A DNA stretch of 64,000 nt, from assembly GCF_006345805.1 (NCBI RefSeq), contig NC_043000.1:82026001-82090000 (forward strand). The letters are read 5' to 3'. The first letter of the stretch is position 1; each line of letters starts with the position of its first letter. A model generated the notes under the pieces. The model was given only the letters and a program-made list of their open reading frames with translations, did no database searches and was not told the DNA's origin. Of this stretch, positions 11,861 to 23,899 are shown in pieces. The stretch is from Octopus sinensis (Eukaryota). A program made the translations under genes and the position numbers.

Positions 11861-12382
11861 TCAAATTATTTTTCAAGTATATAATTATAAAAATATAATT
11901 ATAATTAAGGGCGCTGGAAGGCCAGCACTTATACGCTAGAAGTAGATGTCAAATACCTACAATTCACTCTAAATTTGTTCTTTGTTTATAATCCCAGGTC
12001 GAATGCAAAGATTTATCTTAAGATTTCATGCTCCGTTATAATGATTACTTTTCAATCCTCAGTAGAGATACACCGACAAATATACACGCGAAAAATACAT
12101 ATACATAGCGATAAATTTACCCGCACAGATACCAATATATACATGCATTTCCCGCGTATATAATCCATCTTCTAGCCCATCTCGGCAATGTTGTTAATGT
12201 CAGAAATCATATGGGGTAAATATAGTACCACCACATAATATGACTCGAGAACTCAAAAATTATTTATACTTATAAAAAATGTTAGCATATAAAAAATGAA
12301 CAAATGAACATATAATTTTAAAGTATATAATTATATATTTAAAAATATATACTCTTATATATATATACATATATACATATAT

Positions 12383-13071
12383 ACTTTGTTCTCTTATATG
12401 TAAGTACACATTTCACTAAATCTTGTACGACTTTTTCAAATCTTTCTCCCCACTCTCTCACATTTCTTTGTTTTTCTTACTTTGCACTTCACCATGTCCC
12501 TGTCTCTCTTTTTTTCTCGCCACTCCTTGACTCTTCAGTCTATCTGCTTCTTCTACACACTCTCTTTCTCTCTCTCTCTCTTCTCCCCTCCTTAATTCTT
12601 TTGTTCCCCTTTTTCTCTCTCTTCTCTTCTCACGTGACTGCTAACCCTTTTGCGTTTGACTGTGGTCACTGCCACGTCGATATTCTTCCCTCTGCCGTAA
12701 GGCTTAATTTCCATACACGCCAGCTGATTTCAATTCGTTCCCTGTCGAAAGACGCCTGTTGTTATGTTCTGTTATTATTATTATTTTTTTTAATTGTATT
12801 TTGTATTTATATTCGTGTAACATTGTCTGTTTTTCTGTCCTTGTTTCGTATACATTCGTTGCTTTTTTCCAAGGAATCTAATGCTCTTAGCTTAGTTTTC
12901 CTTGGGGCTGGCCAGATTGGAGCAATCTCAAGATTAATCAGCCGAAATTGCGAGGATGATCCGGTTCTTGACTGAAGATAAAAGGCTTCGAATGACCCGT
13001 CCGTGTTTTTTTGTATCGTCTATCTGGATGTTTTGTTGTTCCATTTTGTGTTCTTGTCGCATTTTGTATTT

Positions 13072-13121
<50 letters not shown>

Positions 13122-13150
13122 CGACGTACGTACAATTTGTTCTCTTATAT
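12383..13150 (+). mobile_element. ~740-bp (TA)n-associated repeat monomer (PLE pseudo-LTR-like), copy 1
   Basis: Homologous to 14123-14600 (-), 14601-15320 (+), 29562-29668 (+) and 29703-29965 (-); after the (TA)n spacer the monomer start (gtacgtacaatttgttctctta) recurs at 13121-13150. Confidence 0.7.
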
Positions 13151-13514
13151 ATATATACACACACACACATATAAAACTACGTTTCTCACCAACCATGAAA
13201 AATGTGTGGGAAGTATAAAGGGGAGGGAGTGACTAAGGTGCTTTATTGCTGTTGTTGCTGTCGTTAATGTTGGTAGTAGTAGTAGTGGCGGTGGTGGTGG
13301 TGGTGGTAAAACGGGCGGAGCTGAGATTTGATTCATTCATATTGGTCTTCCGTCTTTCCTATATTTCTTTGGTTTTTTTTTCTTTCTCTCTTGTAGTTTT
13401 TTTATTTCATTTTCTCATTCCCACTTGTTTTCTTCTTTTCTTTTCGCTTTCTATGTATCGCAATCGTACATTTATGTAGCCGCCTCCACCTCCATCCCCA
13501 CTTGCTCCTACGTT

Positions 13515-13685
13515 TCTTCTTCTTCTTCTTCTTCTTCTTCTTCTTCTTCTTCTTCTTCTTCTTCTTCTTCTTCTCTTCCTCCCCTCATTTTTCTTCTTCT
13601 TCTTTCTTTCTTTCTTTCTTTCTTTTTCTTTCTTTCTTTCTTTCTTTCTTTCTTTTTCTTTCTTTCTTTTCTTCTTTTCTTTTCT

Positions 13686-13725
<40 letters not shown>
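13515..13725. repeat. Compound (CTT)n/(CTTT)n pyrimidine microsatellite
   Basis: Direct inspection. Confidence 0.95.
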
Positions 13726-13974
13726 GTTTCCTTCATATACTTCCGGTTTCCGAATGGTACAAAAACAGGTCTCAAAAGAAGAAGAGTAGTAACTAGATAT
13801 CTCAATGAGGTGTGCGTATAAGCGCACATGCGCGTGTGTATGAGTCTGTGCTAATATATTTTGTATGTGTATACATGGTTATACATATGTATATGTATAT
13901 ATGTATATAAACATATATATACATATATGTGTGTATATACATATATGTGTGTATATATATATATGTATATATGC

Positions 13975-14008
<34 letters not shown>

Positions 14009-14055
14009 GCATATATATATATATATATATATATCCATATACATACGTACATATC

Positions 14056-14111
<56 letters not shown>

Positions 14112-14122
14112 TTATATGTATG

Positions 14123-15320
14123 TATATATAAAAAAGAAAAAAAATGGAACTTAAACGTAACAGGCGACAACAAAACATCTGGACAATTAGACGATACAAA
14201 AAGGGACAGGAAAAAAAACAAGGAGTTTTCTATCTTCAGTCGAGTTCCAGATTTTCTCAGTAGTTTAGGTCGGTTACATTGGAGACTGCTCCAATCTGGC
14301 CGGCCCCAAGAAAATCCAAGTTAAGAGTACTAGATTCCTTGGAAGAAAGCAAGTGAATGTATACGAGAACAAGGACGGGAAAAAAACGGAGAAATGGCAC
14401 CGAAATACAAATACAAACAACAGGACATTAACAAAAGGTGTCTTTCGACTAAGGAGGAATTAAATTAAGCTGGCGTGTGTGGAAGTGAAGCCTTACGACA
14501 GGGACATAAGAGATGCAAGTCATGGGAAAGAATATAGCTGCTGCACGGATGGTAGTCGAACCAAGAAAGAAAGTTCAGGCTTGGCGGAACACCGGTCACG
14601 TGTTTTGTTGTCGCCTGTCACGTTCTTGTTCCATTTTTGTTTTCTTTTTTATATATACATATAGCGGAGTACGTACACTTTTGGTCTCTTAGATGAAAGT
14701 AATATATATATATATATCTAAATTCTGTACGACTCTCTTATTCTTTCTTTCAGCCTCTTCACACTTACTGTGTTCTTTCCACTTTTTCTCGTTTCCCGTC
14801 TCTCACATTCCTTGGCTTTTCCTTCATTCTCACCTTCCCTCCTCTTTTATCTCGCTCTGTCCCTTTTCTTTTTCTTTCTCTCTCGTCCCTCTCTAATTCT
14901 CTATCTCTCTGCCTACCTATTTCCTCTCTTTCCACGTGACCGGTGTTCGGCTATCCTTGCAGCATCTATATTCCTTCCCATGACTTTCATCTCTTATGTC
15001 CTTGCCGTAAGGCTTTACTTCCACACACACTAGCTTAATTTAATTCGTCCTTAGTCGAAAGACACCTGTTGTTAATGTCTTGTTGTTTGTATTTGTATTT
15101 GCGTACCATTTCTCCGGTTTTTTCGTCCTTGTTTTTGCATACATTCGCTTGCTTTCTTCCAAGGAATCTAGTACTCTTAGCTTAGATTGGGGGTGGGGAT
15201 TGGAGCAGTCTCGAGTGTAACCGACCGAAACTGCTGAGAAAATCTGGAATTCGACTGAAGATTGAAAGCCCCGAATGACTCGTCCTTGTTTATTCCTGTC
15301 CTTTTTTTGTATCGCCTACT
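14123..15320. mobile_element. Inverted truncated copy (14123-14600, -) fused head-to-head with a forward monomer (14601-15320, +) of the 12383 family
   Basis: 14123-14177 and 14601-14658 are imperfect inverted repeats; the breakpoint is at accggtcacg|tg, whose complement occurs in the forward copy at ~14933-14950. Confidence 0.7.
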
Positions 15321-15649
15321 TTCAGTAATTTCAGCAATACAATAATTGTTATCTACACACCACTTCCGCATTGCGTACTTGGTTTTTTATGGCTCAGTAT
15401 TTAACGCTACTTAAATATCTTCCTAGCTGCCGGCTTTCACTTGCAATCAAATATGACTTGGTCACAAAAACCACAGCTTGTTCTGATGCATTATTCCTTC
15501 CTTCCTTCCTTAAAGTCTCGTTTATTCGTACGTTGGCATAGACACACCTCGCACTCTAGACCCAGCGAAACATCAAAGAGAAAGCGGTACGCGGGTATTT
15601 AACTCATAGATGGGAGTAACTTTTACCTCCTTGTAACACTGTTGCAATT

Positions 15650-16080
15650 GTGATTCTCAACCAGTGTCCATATGTCTTTTGGGGGTCCATATAAGATTTT
15701 GAGGTTAAAATTTATGAGCAATAAATTGCTTATACTTCTGTTATACACTAAATATTTAAACATTAAAAAAAATACATCTAACGATATTTAATTACAAAAA
15801 TAGAAGAGTCTTTTAATACCGAATGGGTATAAGCAGTTGTTCTCAACCATTTTTTAAAGCTATGGACCCATTTGATTACGATTTTATTCTGGTGGACCCC
15901 GATACGTATTCGACGTCTAAAAATTAGTTTTATAAACGCTTCTTTGAAAATTCCTATTTTGTTTTTCACACATTTACTTGTGTTGGTTGAACTGTGTAAA
16001 ACGCCAGAGAAATAAACCTTGCTGTTTCTTGCAATGCATACCAATACACACATCTAAAGTAAAATTTTTTCAGGTCCCTT
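15650..16080. mobile_element. Fragments of the hAT-Charlie-like MITE family
   Basis: gattctcaacc..ggtccatataagatttt..aaatttatgagcaataaatt is shared with 48789-49034; cagttgttctcaacc..tatggaccc at 15834 is shared with 36664. Confidence 0.6.
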
Positions 16081-16497
16081 AATATTTTATTGTAAATCGC
16101 AACTTGCTTGGAGCAGGAGTACCCAAACATCGAGCGTGGGACATTTGGCACTGAGCCACACACAGAAAATAAATTTTAAAATTTTATTACAATTTTATTG
16201 GCTATCACTGTCAGCAGGGTGTTTTTGTATTATATAAGTATTATCTTTTATGAGGCGTATTATCTCTTTACTTTGGACAACGAACTGGTAACTATCAATA
16301 TCCTAGATTTAGGATATTCTTTATTTCTCTCTCTCCGGTGACGTTTTAGTAAGCTTATGTGGAAATCTTTACTCGAAAACATATGCGCCACATACTTAAC
16401 AATTCTACAAACGACTGTCATTATTTATTTACCATAATTACTTTGAACTGTTTCAACTATGAACTAAATGCCCTAAACTGAAATCACATGTTTTGCT

Positions 16498-16831
16498 TAC
16501 TCTTTTACTTGTTTCAGTCATTTGACTGCGGCTATGCCGGGCACCACTTTTAGTCGAACAAATCGACCCCGTGACTTATTCTTTGTAATCCTAGTACTTA
16601 TTCTACCGGTCTTTTGCCGAACTGCTAAGTTATGAAAACGTAAACATACCAACATCGGTTGTCAAAGCGATGGTGGAGGGACAAATACAGACACACAAAC
16701 ACATACATACATACATACATACATACATACATACATACATACATACATACATACATACATACGTGTGTGTGTGTTACGACGGGCTTCTTTCACTTTCCAT
16801 CTACCAAATCCACTCACAAGGCTGTGGTCGG
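16498..16831 (-). mobile_element. tRNA-derived SINE family B (internal microsatellite), 3' part; head fragment at ~18190-18227
   Basis: cttgtttcagtcatttgactgcggc..(TACA)n..acgggcttctttca..ccactcacaaggc; reverse complement of the full copy at 52967-53333. Confidence 0.9.
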
Positions 16832-16852
16832 AATCTTGTAGTTGGGTAATAA

Positions 16853-18185
16853 GCTTCTTTATTTCATGAAATTGGCCATGAAGGCCGTACATAGAGGGAA
16901 CAGCACAAGGTGGGGACAAAAAACCAAAATGAATGGAAAAGATGAATTGAATATAATGAAAAAGTGGAATGAAGCCGTTTGGCCCCACCTCCGAGCAACT
17001 TCATTGAACCTGTTAATACAACTCTTTTTTTTAAAACATTAATTTAAACTACCATTGATAATGCCTTTGTGACTGCCAGTTTCCACTTTTTTTGGAAAAT
17101 GTCTATGTCAAGTTCCTTTAAAATGTAAGTAGAACTTATTCTTTTAGGTATTTTGCTGGTGTCCATTTTTGTAACCCACCAATCGAAATCAGTTTCTTCT
17201 TCGTACTTTATCAATCTTGAGAAGTACTTCAGGTCCACCACTGCACAGCAAACGTCCTCAGGCAACCTTCCTACTCTTGTTATGTCCACTTCTATTGCTT
17301 TTTACCATGTCTTTATCTTGTTGCAAAGTTCTTCTTTATTCCTGTTATATAATATAACATATTTATCCATGGGCCGGGGTGGGGAAATTTGGGGCTCCTG
17401 TGTGTTTGTGCTTGTGCTTATGTCAGGCGAAGTATGGGGAAGTTAATCCTCACCACCATGTCCAGACTCTGCATTTGCCAGTTTCTGTAGGATGTTCTGG
17501 TGGCCTGCAGGACCACCACCTTTTCTTCCATGCCTAGCAGTATGGCAGCCACCAGCCACGCTACATTCACTTCTGATGGTATATCTTCTACCCTGACTCT
17601 GGAAGCACGTCTTCCAAGGTATACAGGTAGAAGCACCACTTCTTCGGTTATAAATGGTGTGGCTGAGTGCAGTCTGGTGGTAGCTATCTCCCGAAACTGC
17701 ACTTCAACCGTTCCGTACTTTCTTTCCCTGGCAAAGTAGGATATCTCTTGCCAGACAGGCCTCAACGCCTTTTCAAATTGTGCCTCCAACACTACTTCTA
17801 TTTTTCTTGTTGCCACCGCGTATGTCCTGTAAACAGTCGTTCTCTCTTCCTTATCCTTTAACACCTCTTTGGTGGCGGGGGACGCTTTCACGTCGTTCCC
17901 CTCCCCTTAAAGTATTTCTTTGAACTTGCTCAGCTCTTATGTCTTCAATTTTCCCCTTTGCCGCTGCAGCGTAATTCCTTCTTTGTATTGCTGTGTTAAT
18001 CTTGCTCAAACATTTCACCATTTCTTCCTCACACGACACAAATTCTGAAGAAGAATAATTTAAATCCTCGCAACTCATTACACGACGCCCCTCCATTAAA
18101 TAAGAGGGAAAAATTCGCACCACCAAGACAACCACAAACCACGTGTGTTATTCATAAAGACAGCAGTAGAACTAAACAAAACGCC
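16853..18185 (-). mobile_element. L1/Tx1-type ORF1-like pseudogene followed by a short 3' region with AATAAA; no ORF2 detected
   Basis: ORFs 17851-18135 and 17418-17891 overlap by a frameshift: RNYAAAAKG..YGTVEVQF..VLLPVYLGRRASRVRVEDIPSEV..WLVAA resembles the RRM-like region of Tx1/L1 ORF1p; AATAAA on the minus strand at 16858-16863. Confidence 0.55.
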
Positions 18186-18446
18186 ATACCGGAAGCAAGC
18201 TTCTTACCACACGGCCACTCCTGCGCTTGTCTATTTTCTATTTCTAACACACACAGACGTGTGTGTGAGTATATGGATATGTGAATGTATGTATGTATGT
18301 ATGTATGTATGTATGTATGTATGTATGTATGTATGTATGTATGTATGTATGTATGTGTGGGTTTGTATACACACACATATATATATGTATGTATGTATGT
18401 TATGTATGTATGTATGTATGTATATATATATATGTATGTATGTACA

Positions 18447-18486
<40 letters not shown>

Positions 18487-18745
18487 TATATATACGCAAG
18501 TAAGCACATAAAGGTGGGAAAAAACAGTACTCGAATACCGAAGATAGAGTAATTTGCTTTTTTATTAAAGCCGCAAAAGCACCACAAAAGACTTAACCAG
18601 AAGATGGATTTGGCGGAATTTCTGAAGTAGATCCAAGGGAAATATACTCAAACTGCGGATGTCACCAGGTAGCCTAAACCGTGCCAGTGCTTTACTCAAC
18701 GCATCAACATACTAATTAATATATACCCATTAGTCCAAAATATTG

Positions 18746-18789
<44 letters not shown>

Positions 18790-18793
<4 letters not shown>

Positions 18794-19171
18794 GTGGGTG
18801 GCTTATTAACAGTATAAAAACCTAAAGGCAAATTTATAAACGCCACTAAAGTGACAGAGGGTACAAAGTGGTACCACCATTGATAGAAATAAGAATCAAA
18901 ACGACTCATTAGCCACAAAAGCACTATCTTAGTAAGTTGACAAGGGAAACAAAGATCCCTACGGTCGCAGATAAAGCCATATCGCGTGATTTCGAATTTT
19001 GATGCAGAGAATCTTTCTCGTCAAATTACTAAAATAGTGCTTTTGTGGCTAATGAGTTGTTTTGAGTCTTCTTTTTAGCAATGTTGGTATCACGTTGTAC
19101 CTTCTGTCACTTTAGTGATGTCTATAAATTATCCTTTAGGTTTTTAAATTGCTAATAGGCCACCCACATTA
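18790..19171. mobile_element. Long-TIR (~150 bp) foldback/MITE with TA ends; second partial copy in opposite orientation at ~19230-19405
   Basis: taatgtgggtggc ... gccacccacatta; arm 18790-18940 is complementary to 19017-19171; the ~75-bp core recurs inverted at 19240-19300. Confidence 0.75.
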
Positions 19172-19465
19172 TTTATACTTTACACTTCTACCGTTCTTGA
19201 AAGGAGCACGGTTTTTCTATAAGTTTACGAGACGACAAACATTAAGATGCTATGCATCGATATTCGAAATCATGTGATACGGCTATAGGGAACTTTGTTT
19301 CCTTTGTCAACTTACTAAGATAGTGCTTTTGTGGCTAATGAGTCGTTTTGACTATTATTTCTAGCAATGCAGGCACCACTTTGTATCCTCTGTCATTTTA
19401 GTGACGATTACACACACACACACGCGCGCGCGCACACTCACACATTCATGGAAAATACTCACATG

Positions 19466-19514
<49 letters not shown>

Positions 19515-19891
19515 CTTACATCTATACTCACATATTAACCAAATCACAGATAACATAGACACACTCACGAAATACAGACATAATATATTACCCACTACAG
19601 CATAACTCAAATAAATAACGAGCTTGCATAGACGCATGATAACACACGCGTGCAAACACACACCTGCCAAAGCATAGACATGACACATATACGTGTGCAG
19701 ACACACAGATACTTGGGATGTTCCTATTACAATGACTGCCTTTGGAAGAACACCAAAGCCGTCAAACGGTCGCCGTAGGAGATAAAGGAGGTCAGCAAAA
19801 GGCAGCAAAGGTGAGGAAAGATGAACATCCATTGAGGTGGGGGGTGTAATGGCTAATAATGGTGATGTGGTGGTAGTGGTGGGAGTTTCAA

Positions 19892-19939
<48 letters not shown>

Positions 19940-20503
19940 CAGCAGTAGTAGTAGGGTTGGAATGTGAGGGGAGTTGTATATATTTGTGTCTGTAGAATTG
20001 TGTTATTGAGAATGCATCAGGCATACATATATGTATCTATCAACATATATATCGTCGATATTATGTTAAACTGTCGTATGTCCAAATTTGACCAAAAGCA
20101 TTTTTTTGCAATATTTATTTTTGCTTGCAATAGCCGATTCTTTTGGTCAAACTATAGTATCTCCAGCTGTTTCTGATGCCAAGATATCAAAAATTGTCAA
20201 AGTGAAATACAACGGTTTTGCTATGGAATGATGGAACTATTTTTCGTTTTCTGAAAATGCAACTTTTGGACTTATGTCAGTTTTGCATAAAAACAATGGT
20301 ATATATACACATGTATTCATATGCATTCAAACACACACATATACATATATATTTAGTGTATAAAATGGATTAAATCCGAGCTGTATCTTCGACGAGCATT
20401 TCAGCGAATGCCGGTTTACCTTTAAGAAGAAAGCTATCCATACAATATGCACATGGGTACTTCAATGTGTATGTATGTATGTATGTATGTAAACACACAC
20501 ACT

Positions 20504-20653
<150 letters not shown>

Positions 20654-20717
20654 AGTATATATATATAATGGAACAAAAGTCAAGGTAGAAAATGCTAAAA
20701 TAATTTTATAAAAAACA

Positions 20718-20759
20718 TTTCAGTACCGGTTTCAGTCATTGAAACCTTTTCAACCGTAA
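20718..20759 (-). ncRNA. Decayed minimal type I hammerhead motif
   Basis: Minus strand: TTACGG-TTGAAAA-GGT ttcaatg ACT-GAAA-CCGG-TA-CTGAAA. Palindromic stem III ACCGGT, GUA triplet; core has two changes from CUGAAGA; followed by ..ttttgttccatt(ATAT)n. Confidence 0.55.
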
Positions 20760-20919
20760 GTATGGAAAACAATTAAATTTTGGAAAAATTAAAAGTAAAG
20801 TTTTTTAAAGGAATATTTGCATAATATTCAAATACAAGGGGCATTTTCCTTGTTTCTGCCTGTCTCTGTCTCTCTTGTTTACTCTTGTGGGTTCGAGGTC
20901 GTTGTGAATTCTTGGTAGG

Positions 20920-21057
20920 GAAGAAGAAGAAGAAGAAGAAGAAGAAGGAGGAGGAGGAGGAGGAGAAGAAGAAGAAGAAGAAGAAGAAGAAGAAGAAGAA
21001 AGAAGAAGAAGAAGAAGAAGAAGAAGAACAGAAGAAAAAGAAGAAGAAGAAGAAGAA
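20920..21057. repeat. (GAA)n/(GGA)n trinucleotide microsatellite
   Basis: Direct inspection. Confidence 0.95.
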
Positions 21058-21872
21058 TGCAAGAGTGCCATGATAGTAGTGTGTTAAATGGTCAAGTGCC
21101 CTGAAAGTGACCCGTTGTGTATGGTAGTAGTGATTGAATTCTTGAGACATCTCATTTGAATGTCTTTAAAATTTGCGAAGGTGTTATTCTAAACAGCAAT
21201 AGTGGTAAAGTAAGGAAGGAGATGCGAAAACTAATCTCTGTGTGTCAATGTGTCACACTTCAACCACCTCTCTCACTATTCATTGATACTCCTACTATTG
21301 CTCATACTGGGGTGAGAGTAATAGTAGACATAGATTTGGTGATGGCAGTGGCGATGACAGACAGGGAGGTAAAAAGAAAGAGAGAGAAAGAGAGGCAAAG
21401 ACATGTTGGGAGAGTTGATGTTTTTTATTAAAAGTAGTAGTGCTGATGGAGCCAGTGGGAGTGATAATAAGAGAGAGAGAAAGAAAGAGATAGAGAGAGA
21501 GAAGGAGTGGGTATGTGAAAGAAAGAGAGACTGAACACTGAACCCAACATGCTGAAGTAACATACGGAACGAACACACACATTTAACTTCTTTGTGATGG
21601 TAATGGGGTGATAGTAGCAGTTGTGATAGAGGCGGAGGCGGTGTTGATGATGATGGCGGTGGTGGTAGTAGTAGCCGAGGTGGTGAGGGATGAAGTGAGA
21701 GTAAGCGATGTGAACGATAGTGGTGATGGTGATGGAGGGGAAAGTGGCGAAGTCAAAGGCATTGATGGCGGTGGCGTCAGAAGTCTGAATGGTGCGTGTA
21801 TAGCAGTTGTGGTGGCGATGGTGGTTGTACTGGTGATGGTGATAGTTGAAAACAATCAGCAGAAAGAGATAG

Positions 21873-21958
<86 letters not shown>

Positions 21959-22718
21959 AGAAGTTGGACAGAAAAAATTCTACTAATGCCCGAATGGGAA
22001 GACAAAAAATGCTGTTTACCATGCAGCTTTGCAATAAATTCAAAGTCGAGAAATTATATCATTGTTTTGATGAAAATTGTTCATTGCTTGAAAAATATTG
22101 TTGATATTTAAGAGAATTTGATATGAACTCAATGCATGAAGTGTCATTGTTGGACCCAAAGCGTAATGAAGAGCCCTCCACAGGAGCTAGCTTAAAATCC
22201 GACCGATTGGACGGCTTTTAAGCTAGTATACATATATAATTTTTCTTTTTTTTTTAGCCTTGTCAAACTCTGTGTCACGCTGAATCTCTCTGAGAACTTC
22301 GTGAGAAGTACGCGTGTATCTGTGGAGTGCTCAGCCACTTGCACATTAATTTCATGAGCAGGCTGTTCTGTCGATCGCATCAACTAGAACCTTCGTCGAC
22401 GTCACCAACCGAGTACCGGTTGTCATTTACGAAGACGAAATTCTACCTTCGGGATATAGGAAGCAATTAATGATACGTTCGCTGATATGGCGGAAAGTTT
22501 CCCGGGCAAAAAAAATAAAAAAATACGGAGAACGCAATTAAATTGAAATCGCCATCTCTATAATTATTTTAAAAGAATAGTTTTGACAGTAACTTCGAAG
22601 CTTCGTATTCGATGTCATTGTCGAAACTATTCTTGTAAATCAATAAATTTGTATTTTACAAAAAGTATTGAGAAATTTTTCGTTTTAATGTAAAATTGAG
22701 TTTATTGTGACCCGATGC

Positions 22719-22916
22719 AAGGCCGTGAATTGGCAGAACCGCTAGCAGAAACACCAGACAAAATGCTGAGCGGCATTTGGTCCGTCTTTATGTTCTGGGT
22801 TCAAATTCCACTTAAGTTGGCTTTGCCTAGTATCCGCTTAGGATCGATAAAAATAAGTACCAGTTAATCCCCTCCCGCAAAGTTTCAGGCCTTGTGCCTA
22901 TATTGGAAAGGATTAT
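22719..22916 (+). mobile_element. SINE family A copy (diverged)
   Basis: aaggccgtgaattggcagaa..tgggttcaaattcc..gatcgataaaaataagtaccag..gaaaggattat tail. Confidence 0.85.
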
Positions 22917-23016
22917 AACAATACGTACAGATTATATATATATACATATATATAAAACTTGTTTCAGTCATTACACTACGGCCAAGCTGCGAGACCACCT
23001 TGGAAAATTATACTTG

Positions 23017-23108
<92 letters not shown>

Positions 23109-23662
23109 TATACACATATATATATATACACACATATTGTTATATTATGAATGCTATATATATATGATAATATTAACATTTACGCTCATGTAATATATTG
23201 AAAGAATTGTGTGCGCATTATTAAAAATAAATACCATAAATTCCAGTCTTTATTTTACTAAGTGTGTGTGTGTGCTAATTTTTACTCGGAGTGTTTGGAC
23301 CTCTGTCCTCAAATGACTGATTGAATTATGTTTTTGAAGCTTGTTTCTGAATATTAGTTGAGATTTTTTGTTTCTGTTTCCAACTAAGCCGGAAATTATA
23401 GATTCCATAGATGGGTCTATACTAATGTATTATTAACAAAAGACATTATATAAGTATAAAAATCACACAAGTACATAACCATTACAGAGACACACATGTA
23501 TACATATGTGCGTGTTTGTTTGCTTGTGTGAATGCGCGTATGCGCGCGCGCGCGTGTAAAACAGATTTTTTAAAAATGGTTAAACTACAACTTTTAAGGC
23601 TTTTGCAGTGAAACTTTGAACACATGTAAATACATCATCTTGTTAGTCTCTTTTACACAGAG

Positions 23663-23712
23663 ATTGCCGTAACATATTTCACAGAAAGTTGACCACTCAT
23701 CAGATCATCAAT
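23663..23712 (-). ncRNA. CpG-decayed hammerhead motif downstream of a PLE-like ORF remnant
   Basis: Minus strand: ATTGATGAT-CTGATGA-GTGG tcaacttt CTGT-GAAA-TATGT-TA..CAAT; stem II is restored to GCGG/CCGC by reversing three CpG transitions. Confidence 0.5.
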
Positions 23713-23899
23713 GTATAAGTACCCTTCATCCATCCACTCACAAGCAGGAGTCGTAGTAGTCGTTATTTAAATCAAACACAAGCCAGGACTCAGCTGTAGT
23801 GGTTAAACTATTATATATGCCCACCATGCATTCGCCGACAGTCTGATAATATAATTAAACATATATACTCAGCGTAGTGTGCATTAGAAATCTAAAGCA

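Noticed and set aside
12735-12765. GTC-GAAA-GAC as the GAAA half of a hammerhead (also ~15052 and ~14445 minus)
   Set aside because: It forms a simple GNRA-capped hairpin, and no CUGANGA lies at the right distance.
18975-19300. CGAAATCACGCGATA / CGAAATCATGTGATA as hammerhead stem III
   Set aside because: Palindromic, but the core and stem I cannot be assembled; better explained as the core of a long-TIR element.
21583-21880. GC-richer ORFs (VVVAEVVRDE.. / TTTT..) as a host exon
   Set aside because: Degenerate GGT/GAT/GTA trinucleotide low-complexity tract, open on both strands, with no domain signature.
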